Source: a virus (taxonomy: Duplodnaviria > Caudoviricetes). Taken from it: 64,000 bases of DNA. Made by a program: the position numbers and the translations under genes. Shown here in pieces: positions 1-9,241 of this stretch (positions are counted from its first letter, which is position 1; each line of letters opens with the position of its first letter). The notes under the pieces are model-generated. The model saw only the letters and a list, made by a program, of their open reading frames with translations. It did no database searches and had not been told where the DNA came from. The stretch lies in the IMG/VR virus record IMGVR_UViG_2706795722_000001, positions 12,965 through 76,964 of that record; one strand, 5' to 3'.

Positions 1-131
1 AGGAGATCATCAAGGCGAACTCCTGGCTCGCGGCCGACGACGACGTCGAGGCCCTCAAGGAGGAGCGTGACCGCCTCGACGAGCGCATCGAGCGCGCGGA
101 GGAGGAGCAGGCAAAAAAGATCTCCTCCTAG
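1..131 (+). CDS. Tail assembly chaperone, C-terminal part (5' end outside window)
   Basis: Frame 3 reads EIIKANSWLAADDDVEALKEERDRLDERIERAEEEQAKKISS* to TAG at 129-131. Lies just upstream of the tape measure gene. Confidence 0.8.
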   Translation, partial: EIIKANSWLAADDDVEALKEERDRLDERIERAEEEQAKKISS

Positions 132-394
132 AGCAAGCGGGGGACTTCGTCAAGGGCAAGGGGATTTCAAACCCTCACCCCGCACTTCTGATCTACGCCC
201 GACTCGAGGCGATGAAGTGGGCGATTCCCTACACTCCTGGAGGGATGGAAGACCAGAGCGTAATGCTCCTCCGGTGTTTCGACTTGATTAACAGGGTCAA
301 GAACGATCACGAGAGACAAGAGAATAAGAAGCGTGAACAAGAGATGAAGGCAAGGCAGAAGACGCCGAAAACCTCAGCTCGACGTAGACGCTGA
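113..394 (+). CDS. Tail assembly chaperone -1 frameshift extension (lambda G-T type)
   Basis: In-frame slippery heptamer A AAA AAG at 113-119. The -1 frame is open from there into the 212..394 ORF. Confidence 0.85.
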   Translation, partial: KKDLLLEQAGDFVKGKGISNPHPALLIYARLEAMKWAIPYTPGGMEDQSVMLLRCFDLINRVKNDHERQENKKREQEMKARQKTPKTSARRRR

Positions 395-397
395 AAC

Positions 398-433
398 CAC
401 GAAGGGTAGTGCTTGCGAGCACTACCCTTCGTG
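398..433 (+). terminator. Perfect 16-bp hairpin (CACGAAGGGTAGTGCT-TGCG-AGCACTACCCTTCGTG)
   Basis: Exact inverted repeat followed by TGTATTATT. Lies between the chaperone stop and the tape measure start. Confidence 0.6.
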
Positions 434-502
434 TGTATTATTGACACGAACTCACGGACACACGAGGTCCATTCCATTGGACTTCGAAGTCTGGAGTAGA
501 CC

Positions 503-3500
503 TTGAACTCGGCAGCGACGAATATTCTCATCACTGCGCAGGCAGCTCAGGCGGTCGCTACTCTCAATCGCGTCCAAGCGCAGCTTCGCGCACTTCAGAT
601 TTCTGCCAAGACTGCACAGGCCTCGTCGAACGGTAGCTGGTTCGGCACGATGGCCGCAGGCCAGGGGCGTATCACCGCAACCCAGGCGTCCCTTCGAGGC
701 TTCATTGCCTCGACCAATACCGCGAACGCTGCCAGTAACAGGCCGTGGTTTGCTTCAATGACAGCTGCTGGTTCCAGGTTACAGTGGATCGGCAAGCAGC
801 TCACAATGAATGTCACGGCACCGCTCTTGCTTGCGGCAGGTGCGGGCGTGAAGTTCGGCCTCGACATGGAGAAGTCCATGACGCGGCTCAAGAAGGTCTA
901 CGGCGACGGCTCGATGAGCGCCAAGCAGCAAACCAACGAGGTCAAGGCGCTCGAGAAGGCGATGATCGCCCTTTCGGACACCTACGGCGTAGCCTCGTCC
1001 GAGGTAGCCAATGTCGCCGCCGACTGGGCGGCTGCAGGCAGTTCCGGCAAGGCGCTCGCCGACCAGACGAAGCTTACCCTCGAGGCGATGATTCTCGGCG
1101 AGATGGATGCCGAGGAGGCGACTAAGTCGCTGATCGCCATCCAGGCGCAGTGGGGCGCGGTCACCGAGACTACCTCTGATAAGCTCGACAAAAACGGTAA
1201 GATCATTCAGAAGGTCGCCAACGACAAGCTGAGTCTTACCACCATTCTTCGCCAGCTCAACGCGGTGGAGAACGAGACCGGCACGTCGATGCAGGACCTC
1301 GTCACTGCATTCAGCAAGGCTTCCGGTGTCGCCAAGACGGTCGGCCTTGATACCGCACACCTCGCGGCTATGGTTGCCGCACTTGTTCCTGCGGCAGGTA
1401 GTGCGACCGAGGCTGGTAATGGCCTGAAGACGATGCTTACCCGCGTCATGAACCCGACTCGAGCGAGTCGTCAGGTTCTCGAGGCGATGGGAATCCAGCT
1501 CGAGTCTGCAGGATGGCAGAGCCTTAACGCTGCGCAGCGACTTGAGATGCTGTCCGAGAAGTTCGGTGGGCTTACTCAGGCTCAGAAGATTCAGGCGTCT
1601 GCACTTGTCGCTTCGGTTTGGCAGATCAACAAGTTCGAAGTCCTTATGGACTCGATGCGCAACAAGATGGGCTACTACCACAAGTCGCTCGCCTTGCTCG
1701 CCGACCAGGACCGAGTTGCTGCGATCGCTCAGAAGGAGCTTAACGCGGTCCTCGAGTCGAGTCCGCAGCGCGCAAAGCAGGCTGGCGCTATCATCAAGAA
1801 CTCCTTGATGAAGGCGATGGAGCCTCTTATTCCAGTCATCATTCAGGTGGCTCTTTGGTTCGGCAAGCTATTCCGAGCCTTCTCGGAGATTTCTCCGTCT
1901 GTTCGTTCACTCATCGTCTTGATTCTTTTGGTGGCCGCAGCCCTCGGCCCCATGATCGTGATGATGGGTCTTCTCAAGCTTTCTATTGGTCAGCTCGCGC
2001 CGATCTTCATGGCGCTCGGTCGAGTGCTCCTTCTCCCGCTGGCCCCTCTTAAGCTTCTTACGATTGGTTTTTGGGCTACAGCGCTTCGTTCTGTAGCTAT
2101 GGCTCGCGTCCTTCTTGGCGTCGTAACTGCCATCAAGGGTTTTGCGCTCGCTATGGCAGCTGTAGCGGCTATCGCTTCGCCTGTGTGGGCGGCGATGCTA
2201 GCCGGAACCGTTGCAGCGGGAAAGGCAATCGTAGCTGCATGGCGTTTGGCGTGGGCAAGTCTCATTGGAATCCAGCTTGCAGCTGGAATTGTTCTGACTA
2301 CGCGCCAGAAGATCATGCTCGCGGCCATGCTTACCGCGCAGATTCTCTGGAATCGTGCTTCGATTGCAGCACAGAAGGCTTGGGCTGTAGCATCGTACGC
2401 GGTGCAGTACGCCTACGCAGCGGTCATGATGACTATCCAGTCGGCATGGGCTGCCGCGATGATCCTTAAGACTGCCGCAATGCACGTCGCGCTCATGTCG
2501 GCCCAGGCCGCAGGACAGGTCGCCCAACTTGCCCTCCAGCGATCCTGGGCGGCGGCGTCTCTTGTTATCACCACTACCTGGGCAGCGGCTCAGGTGTGGC
2601 TTACTATTGCCTGGCGAGAAGCGTCGGTGGCTGCACAGACCGCAGCCTATCTTGTCATGCTCGGTCTTCAGAAGGCCTGGGCCGCGGCGTCACTCTTGCT
2701 TCAGGCTTCGACCTGGCGCAAGATCATTGCTATTACTATGGCAGGCTCGAAGGGGATGGCCGCTGCTGCACTTGCGGGAGGCAGGCTTCTTCTTGCTGCA
2801 CTGGCATCTCCGTGGCTTCTGGCTATTGGCGTTGTTGTCGGCTTGATTGTGATGTTCCGCAAGCAGATCTCTGCTGCCTTTAACAACATTGTTAACTACT
2901 TCCGAAACCTTCCTGCCGAGACCGCAAAGGGCCTCTCGCCGCTGACGAACATCTTCGTGAGGGCAAAGAACGCTATTGTTGGCGCTTTCAACGCGCTCCC
3001 TGCTGGCGTCAAGAATGCGCTACTCGCGGTCGTGCGTATCGTTCGCGCAGCTGCCATGAAGGTGTACGAGCTGTTCTCGTACATCAATCCGTTTGCACAC
3101 CACTCTCCCTCGTTGGTCGAGAACGTCACCAACGGTATGGCTGAGGTTAACAAGCAGTTCACCAACTCGGCCTCGGTCGCTAAGCGCGCCATCAGCGAGA
3201 TGCACGGTTCGATTCGCAGTCTCGAGGGGCTCGGTAGCGGGCTTAAGGCTTCGAACGAGCAGGCAGACCGGGACAAGGTTGCAAGCAACGCTGGCAAGGC
3301 TGGCGTCGGCAACGCAATGGGCGAGTACGACCGCCTAAACTCCCAGGTCAAGGCTTCCAAGGCTGAACTCGAGCGCATGAATGTTGCGATCGAGGCTCAG
3401 GAGGCCAAGCTCAAGTCTGTCAAGGCTGGCGTCGAGGCTTACGACGCCGCGCTCGAGAAGATGAACAGCGAGCTGGCGACCACCGAGTCGATCCAGCAGG

Positions 3501-6500
3501 ACGTATCCCGCGCATTGGATGCCGCGAAGGCTCGGTATGACCGCTTCGCGAACGCTCAGATCAAGGGCATGGGTGCCGCCGAGGATGCTATCTTTGCCAA
3601 TACGATGGCACAGAAGCGTCTTCAGCTTCAGATCGCGAAGATGAAGCAGGCCAACCCTGGCATCGACAACCTCACCGATTCGTACTCCAAGCTGCAGGGC
3701 TCGATTGAGGAGCTGACCGCCAAGCAGAAGGAGCTGCGAGAGGGTGGCGCAGGCTCTGACGTCTTGGGCGAGTACGACAAGATGATCGCCGAGCTGAAGG
3801 GTCAGCAGGGCGATGTCATGGGGGGCCAGCTCGACGGACCCGCCGGAAAGCTCAAGGAGCTCAACGAGCAGCTCGAGAATCTCCAGTCTCAGGCCGAGAT
3901 CATGGACCTCGAGAAGTCTCTGCAGTTCGATTCGCTGAACCGTAACATTGAGAAGTTCAAGAACAACGTCGAAGAGCTTCCGTACGGCCAGATCATGCAG
4001 GGGATGGACTCCTCTCGCACTTCGGTTAACAACCTTCAGTACGCTTACGACAGCTTGGGTATTGTGATCGACGGCCAGAAGGCCAAGATTGCAGACACTC
4101 AGGCTGCTCGTGATGCACTCCAGAAGACTTACGACGCCGAGAACACGAAGCTCGAGAAGGTCAAGGAGACCTATCAGGCACTCGAAGAAGCTATCCGTTC
4201 CGGCGAGCAGGCGATGCAGGACTTCGCCTCGCAGGCGGAACAGGCTGTTCAGCGCCAGGAGGAGGCGGCTCAGGCCGCCGAGAAGGCTGCAAAGGCTGGC
4301 AAGGGTGGAAAGGGTGGCGGCGGAAGCGACCCCTCCAATGCGCTGCAGAACTTCGAAGACGCCGCAGCCGGTGACTTCCCGACATTCGGTGGCAAGGACA
4401 CCATCGGTCGCGAGGGTGGTCTTGGTGATCAGTCTTCGCAGATTGACCAGTTTACCAAGAGTATCACCGACGGGCTCGAGACGAGCCTCGGTGGCCTGAA
4501 TCCGTTCGCTCCGCTCATGAAGTGGTGGGACAACACTGTCAACTGGTTCAAGGGTATGATGGGGCCGTTTGGTGACATCTTCTCTGGAATCGGCGAGGGT
4601 ATTCGAGTTGCGTTCAGCTCGGACGACACTGGTGCGGTTAGTGGTTTTGGTCAGACCATCCAGACGGTCAAGGATTCGCTGAGCGGATTCTGGGACACCC
4701 TCAAGACCATCGGCAGCCTCATCGGTGGTCTGTTCGGCCCTGACCTTATGACCTCCATCTCGGAGTTCGGTAACGGCTTTGCGGACATCTGGGGTAAGAT
4801 CTCGGGGCCGCTCAAGGACCTTGGCGCCGAGGTAATGCCTTTCATCAAGGCCGCGTTCGAGGCGCTCACGCCTGTCATCGGAATCTTCGTTGCCGCGCTA
4901 GAGGTTATCTGGGAAGTTATCAACGGAGCCATCGGTCCCGTCTTCACCTGGCTGGGCGATATTATCAAGTCGATCATCCAGATCATCACTGGTGTTGTCA
5001 AGATCATCACCGGCGTTATCAACGTTGTTGTCGGTCTTGTTAAGACTGTCATTGGTGTCATCAAGGGTATCTTCACCGGAGACTGGAGTACTGCGATCGA
5101 GGGGCTCAAGCAGCTCTTCGTTGACGGCTTCGGCAAGATCTTCAGTGGCATCTGGGACATCGTCAAGGGCATCTTTGGTGCAATCTGGAGCACGATCAAG
5201 AACTTCGTCGCCCTGATTATCAATACGATCTACGGCTTCATCAAGGGCGTCATCGACTTCTTCACCGAGCTGTGGGACGTGCTCGTCGGGCACTCGATCA
5301 TTCCCGACATGGTCACTGCGATCATCGAGTGGTTCTTCAAGCTTCCCGGCACTCTCCTCGGTTTGGTTGGCGACCTTGTTGTTAACATCATCACATTCTT
5401 CATCTCCCTCCCGCTCAAGATTCTCGCGGGCCTCGGCGAGCTAGGCTCTCTGCTTGGCGAGTGGCTTGGCAAGGCTTGGACTTGGCTTCAGGAGAACGCG
5501 CCTCGCCTCGCCGAGGGCTTCATGCAGTGGGTTCGAGATTTTCCGAAGAACTTTATTACGGGACTTGGGTTCTTTGGCGACAAGCTCGGCGAGTGGCTCG
5601 GCAAGGCGTGGACCTGGCTTCAGGAGAATGCGCCTAACCTGATCGCCGGGTTCCTCGGATTCATGGCTAAGATTCCCGGCTTCATTCTCGAGAAGCTTGG
5701 TCAGCCTGCCGGTATGCTCCTGCAGTACGGCAAGGATATGATCCAGGGTCTGCTCGACGGCGCTGGCTCCTTGCTTAAGGACATTGGCAAGTTTATGCTT
5801 GACAAGCTGCCGGGATGGATCAAGGAGCCCTTCAAGAAGGCAATGGGCATCGCGTCCCCCTCGAAGGTCTTCAAGGGCTACGGCGAGAACATTGGCGAGG
5901 GCCTTGTTCTCGGCATGGACGGCCAGCAGAAGCAGGTCGAGGATTCTTCAAAGGCTCTCGCTGCCGCTGCCGACACCGGGCCTATCGGAATCAGTGCCGC
6001 TCCCGATACTTCGAGCGTGACCGGTGCGATGGATGCCGTAGCCAAGCAGGCTGCCGCCGCGCCCGCAGCAACGGCCACTATCGACGCGCAGGCGGGCGCG
6101 GTCGCCGCCGCCGACCCGTCGCAGCTCAACCTTGACTCCACGACTGCGGAGCTCGACGCATTCATCGCAGACTCGACTGCCAAGTTGGCTGCATTCAATG
6201 CGCAGGTGACCGGCAGTATGGTTGCGATGGCCGAGGCTATCGCTGCGGCGTTCAAGGCTATCGAGACTTCGGCCTCTACCTCGTTCACCGCACTCGCGGG
6301 AACCGGCGTTAGCCAGTTCACGACGATGCAGACTACCCTCGTGGCTATCGTCACCAAGATGGTTGCAGACATCGCAGCCCAGCTGCAGTCGCTACTGGAG
6401 CAGGTCAAGGCGTTCACCACTCAGTTCGCTGCCGCATGGCAGGCGCTGTGGGATAGCTGGAGCACCAAGAGTGTTGAGGGTGTAGACAAGACCCTGACCG

Positions 6501-9241
6501 AGTGGGAGCGCCTCGCCGAGGGGCTCAACAACACGGTCGAGACTGGTATCAAGCCCGTCTTCGACAGCCTTGGCGAGATGCTCAAGCAGACCGAAGAGGG
6601 CTTCACCAAGTCTGTCGAGAACATCGGTACGGCTTGGGGTGGCCTCAAGGAGGGCACCGCCGCTCCGGTCCGCTTCACCGTGAACACGGTCTACAACGAG
6701 GGTCTTCTCGCAACCTGGAACGGTGTCGCTGATCTCATCGGCGGCAACAAGATGAGCCCGATCTCGCTCAAGTTCCGCGACGGTGGTCCGGTGCGCGGAC
6801 CTGGCACAGAGACCAGCGATTCGATCCCCGCGCTTCTGTCCAAGAATGAGTACGTGCTTAGCGCGGACGCTGTGCGCCGCGCCGGTGGCGTCGGTAATCT
6901 GAACAAGTTCAACTTCAGCAGCACCTCGCCACAAGGCATGTTCGGCATCGGCGGGCGTGGTCAGGTTATCCGTCGTGCGACGGGTGGTCCTGCCGATCCC
7001 GGCTCGCCTTCGCACGAGGCGCTCCAGCGCGGCTACCTGTACGCTCGTAAGATCGCCCCCGGCCCCTACGTCCTCGGTGGCAGCTCGGGCGGCTCGAGCG
7101 CCAACGGTACGGACTGCTCCGGTTACCAGTCGGAGATCGCAGACGTCATCATGGGCGGTCCAGGTGGTGCTCGCAAGTGGGCGACCGGCTCGTTCCCAGG
7201 CGGCGGCGGATCGCAGGGTTCTGTTGTCCGTATCGGTAATCAGACCTGGCTCAAGGGCCTCGGCGCAGGCCACTCGGTTGGCATCTCGGTCCCCCACGCG
7301 GCGGGCACCCTGGGCGGTGTTCCCGGCCTCCCGGCGGTGAACGTTGAGTCCGGCGGCGGAACCGGCCAGGGCGCTACGTTCGGCGGGCGCGCAACAGGCG
7401 CTGACGATCGTCAGTTCCCGACTCAGTACCACCTTGCTATCCTCGACTCGGCGTTCGTCTCGGGTGGCGGCGGCAGTGGCGCCTCGATGAAGGAAATTCT
7501 TGGTGGCATGGTCAAGCCTGGCCTCGACAAGATGATGCAGCAGGCCAGCGACTACAGCGCCAATGCCAAGGGCTTCAACGGTCAGATTCCGAAGTTGGTT
7601 GCCGCCAAGTGGAACGAGACTACCCTCAAGAAGATCGAGGCAGAGTCTGCAAAGCTTGACGTCAGCGGCCCCGCTGCCGTTGGTGGCGTCGAGAGTGTCG
7701 AGCGCTGGCGTCCGATGGCGACCGCAGCCCTCAAGCGTAATGGATTCTTGGGCGACAAGCGCGACCAGGACCTCATGCTCAAGCAGATTATGACCGAGTC
7801 GGGTGGCCGACCTGGCGTTCTGCAGACGGTTCAGGACGTCAACTCGGGAGGCAACGAGGCGCAGGGTCTGCTTCAGATCGTGCCCGGCACCTTCGCGGCC
7901 TACCGAGACCAGACGCTTCCGAACGACCGCACCGACCCCTGGGCGAACATGAACGCTGCCCTGCGGTACTACAAGGACCGCTACGGCAACGACCTCGGTA
8001 CGCACTGGGGCAAGGGCTTCGGTTACGACAGTGGTGGCTTCCTGCAGCCCGGCATCATCGGCAACTTCACCGGTGGAGTCGAGCCGGTTCTGACGCAGCA
8101 GCAGTGGAACGCGATGTACACTATCGCCGCCAACTCGCCACGACTGAACCAGCAGACGATGCAGGAGGCTGTCGAGCAGGCCAACGAGGAGACTGGCAAC
8201 ACCGACAAGAAGCAGACCGAAGCTGTCATCAAGGGCATGGAGGTTTGGCAGGAGGCTTGGAAGCCGCTCGTCTTCGACGCAACCGAGAAGTCCACCAAGG
8301 CTTCCGAGGCTATGACGAAGGCTACCGTCGCCTCGACCGGTTCCACTCAGATTCTCACTAAGAGTATCGGCAAGTGGGACACTACGGTCAAGGAGCTGTC
8401 GAAGGCGCTTACCCAGTTCTCGCAGTCGATGCAGCAGTCCATCCAGGTTCAGCAGGGTGGCGGCAGCGGCGGAAGCAGCTTCGGTACCATCAACTTCGGT
8501 GGAGTTAACGGTGCGGGCGGCGGCTCTGGTGCCAATAGCGGCGGGTTCAGCATGAAGGCTCCCACCTTCGGCGCATGGGCTCCGATGCTTAACGTTATGG
8601 CCGACCTCCTCGAGGCCCTGCCGTACGCAGAGCGCAACTGGCAAGCGGATAACCCGGTTCCCGGCGAGACGGAGAAGCAGCGCAAGCAGCGTATCGCGGC
8701 GAACAACCTCACGAACTTTGCCAAGGGTAGTTACAACGTTGTCAAGGACGTTGGGCCTCCCGTCCTACGCCACACGGCCATTATCGGCAGTGCGGTGGAG
8801 AAGCTCGTGTACGAAGATGGCGAAGCCTGGAGTGCGGCGTTCGCGGCGATTGCCCAAAACAACCCTGCGGGTTACGCTATCGCAGTCCTGTTGGGTATTA
8901 AGACAGTCGCCACGCTCGCGCCTCTGATCCTGGCTGCGATCATGGATATTGTGCCCGCGCTAATCCGTGCTATTGTTAGGTTCCTAACCCAGTTCATGCC
9001 TGATTCGGTGTTCGCTTACGCCGATTTGGCAGCCGCCGAGAACGCAGTACTGGAGCAGCAGGAGGGCGGCGAGGTCGCGCAAGGCCAGGGCCGACGCTAC
9101 CCGACTGAGGCGATGGTTAGCCCGAGCGGTAACGCCCCTGTCAACCTCTTTATCTACGGAGACCTCGAGATGCCGAACGTTAGCGATGGAAGCGACGCGA
9201 ATGAGTTCGTCGACCAGCTCCGACTGTTGGCGAGCAAGTAA
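503..9241 (+). CDS. Tape measure protein (2912 aa) with C-terminal NlpC/P60-like (DCSG) and lytic transglycosylase-like domains
   Basis: TP901-type N-terminal tape measure pattern, Ala/Gly-rich and coiled-coil segments, repeated GEWLGKAWTWLQENAP, GTDCSG at 7112-7123, and SLT-like motifs (IMTESGG...GLLQIVPGTF...NMNAALRYY) at ~7700-8040. Confidence 0.95.
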   Translation: MNSAATNILITAQAAQAVATLNRVQAQLRALQISAKTAQASSNGSWFGTMAAGQGRITATQASLRGFIASTNTANAASNRPWFASMTAAGSRLQWIGKQLTMNVTAPLLLAAGAGVKFGLDMEKSMTRLKKVYGDGSMSAKQQTNEVKALEKAMIALSDTYGVASSEVANVAADWAAAGSSGKALADQTKLTLEAMILGEMDAEEATKSLIAIQAQWGAVTETTSDKLDKNGKIIQKVANDKLSLTTILRQLNAVENETGTSMQDLVTAFSKASGVAKTVGLDTAHLAAMVAALVPAAGSATEAGNGLKTMLTRVMNPTRASRQVLEAMGIQLESAGWQSLNAAQRLEMLSEKFGGLTQAQKIQASALVASVWQINKFEVLMDSMRNKMGYYHKSLALLADQDRVAAIAQKELNAVLESSPQRAKQAGAIIKNSLMKAMEPLIPVIIQVALWFGKLFRAFSEISPSVRSLIVLILLVAAALGPMIVMMGLLKLSIGQLAPIFMALGRVLLLPLAPLKLLTIGFWATALRSVAMARVLLGVVTAIKGFALAMAAVAAIASPVWAAMLAGTVAAGKAIVAAWRLAWASLIGIQLAAGIVLTTRQKIMLAAMLTAQILWNRASIAAQKAWAVASYAVQYAYAAVMMTIQSAWAAAMILKTAAMHVALMSAQAAGQVAQLALQRSWAAASLVITTTWAAAQVWLTIAWREASVAAQTAAYLVMLGLQKAWAAASLLLQASTWRKIIAITMAGSKGMAAAALAGGRLLLAALASPWLLAIGVVVGLIVMFRKQISAAFNNIVNYFRNLPAETAKGLSPLTNIFVRAKNAIVGAFNALPAGVKNALLAVVRIVRAAAMKVYELFSYINPFAHHSPSLVENVTNGMAEVNKQFTNSASVAKRAISEMHGSIRSLEGLGSGLKASNEQADRDKVASNAGKAGVGNAMGEYDRLNSQVKASKAELERMNVAIEAQEAKLKSVKAGVEAYDAALEKMNSELATTESIQQDVSRALDAAKARYDRFANAQIKGMGAAEDAIFANTMAQKRLQLQIAKMKQANPGIDNLTDSYSKLQGSIEELTAKQKELREGGAGSDVLGEYDKMIAELKGQQGDVMGGQLDGPAGKLKELNEQLENLQSQAEIMDLEKSLQFDSLNRNIEKFKNNVEELPYGQIMQGMDSSRTSVNNLQYAYDSLGIVIDGQKAKIADTQAARDALQKTYDAENTKLEKVKETYQALEEAIRSGEQAMQDFASQAEQAVQRQEEAAQAAEKAAKAGKGGKGGGGSDPSNALQNFEDAAAGDFPTFGGKDTIGREGGLGDQSSQIDQFTKSITDGLETSLGGLNPFAPLMKWWDNTVNWFKGMMGPFGDIFSGIGEGIRVAFSSDDTGAVSGFGQTIQTVKDSLSGFWDTLKTIGSLIGGLFGPDLMTSISEFGNGFADIWGKISGPLKDLGAEVMPFIKAAFEALTPVIGIFVAALEVIWEVINGAIGPVFTWLGDIIKSIIQIITGVVKIITGVINVVVGLVKTVIGVIKGIFTGDWSTAIEGLKQLFVDGFGKIFSGIWDIVKGIFGAIWSTIKNFVALIINTIYGFIKGVIDFFTELWDVLVGHSIIPDMVTAIIEWFFKLPGTLLGLVGDLVVNIITFFISLPLKILAGLGELGSLLGEWLGKAWTWLQENAPRLAEGFMQWVRDFPKNFITGLGFFGDKLGEWLGKAWTWLQENAPNLIAGFLGFMAKIPGFILEKLGQPAGMLLQYGKDMIQGLLDGAGSLLKDIGKFMLDKLPGWIKEPFKKAMGIASPSKVFKGYGENIGEGLVLGMDGQQKQVEDSSKALAAAADTGPIGISAAPDTSSVTGAMDAVAKQAAAAPAATATIDAQAGAVAAADPSQLNLDSTTAELDAFIADSTAKLAAFNAQVTGSMVAMAEAIAAAFKAIETSASTSFTALAGTGVSQFTTMQTTLVAIVTKMVADIAAQLQSLLEQVKAFTTQFAAAWQALWDSWSTKSVEGVDKTLTEWERLAEGLNNTVETGIKPVFDSLGEMLKQTEEGFTKSVENIGTAWGGLKEGTAAPVRFTVNTVYNEGLLATWNGVADLIGGNKMSPISLKFRDGGPVRGPGTETSDSIPALLSKNEYVLSADAVRRAGGVGNLNKFNFSSTSPQGMFGIGGRGQVIRRATGGPADPGSPSHEALQRGYLYARKIAPGPYVLGGSSGGSSANGTDCSGYQSEIADVIMGGPGGARKWATGSFPGGGGSQGSVVRIGNQTWLKGLGAGHSVGISVPHAAGTLGGVPGLPAVNVESGGGTGQGATFGGRATGADDRQFPTQYHLAILDSAFVSGGGGSGASMKEILGGMVKPGLDKMMQQASDYSANAKGFNGQIPKLVAAKWNETTLKKIEAESAKLDVSGPAAVGGVESVERWRPMATAALKRNGFLGDKRDQDLMLKQIMTESGGRPGVLQTVQDVNSGGNEAQGLLQIVPGTFAAYRDQTLPNDRTDPWANMNAALRYYKDRYGNDLGTHWGKGFGYDSGGFLQPGIIGNFTGGVEPVLTQQQWNAMYTIAANSPRLNQQTMQEAVEQANEETGNTDKKQTEAVIKGMEVWQEAWKPLVFDATEKSTKASEAMTKATVASTGSTQILTKSIGKWDTTVKELSKALTQFSQSMQQSIQVQQGGGSGGSSFGTINFGGVNGAGGGSGANSGGFSMKAPTFGAWAPMLNVMADLLEALPYAERNWQADNPVPGETEKQRKQRIAANNLTNFAKGSYNVVKDVGPPVLRHTAIIGSAVEKLVYEDGEAWSAAFAAIAQNNPAGYAIAVLLGIKTVATLAPLILAAIMDIVPALIRAIVRFLTQFMPDSVFAYADLAAAENAVLEQQEGGEVAQGQGRRYPTEAMVSPSGNAPVNLFIYGDLEMPNVSDGSDANEFVDQLRLLASK

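Noticed and set aside
441-470. TTGACA upstream of the tape measure gene as a promoter
   Set aside because: No acceptable -10 at 16-19 nt spacing.
5455-5640. Near-duplicate DNA in the tape measure (GEWLGKAWTWLQENAP x2) as a possible DGR template/variable pair
   Set aside because: Differences are mostly synonymous and not adenine-specific, and no reverse transcriptase is present. These are ordinary tape-measure repeats.
6392-8644. Long antisense ORFs (750 aa here; also 10063..10965, 34340..35563, 45759..47144, 60992..62101)
   Set aside because: They lie opposite clear genes. High-GC3 codon usage suppresses antisense stops. No RBS or recognisable motifs.
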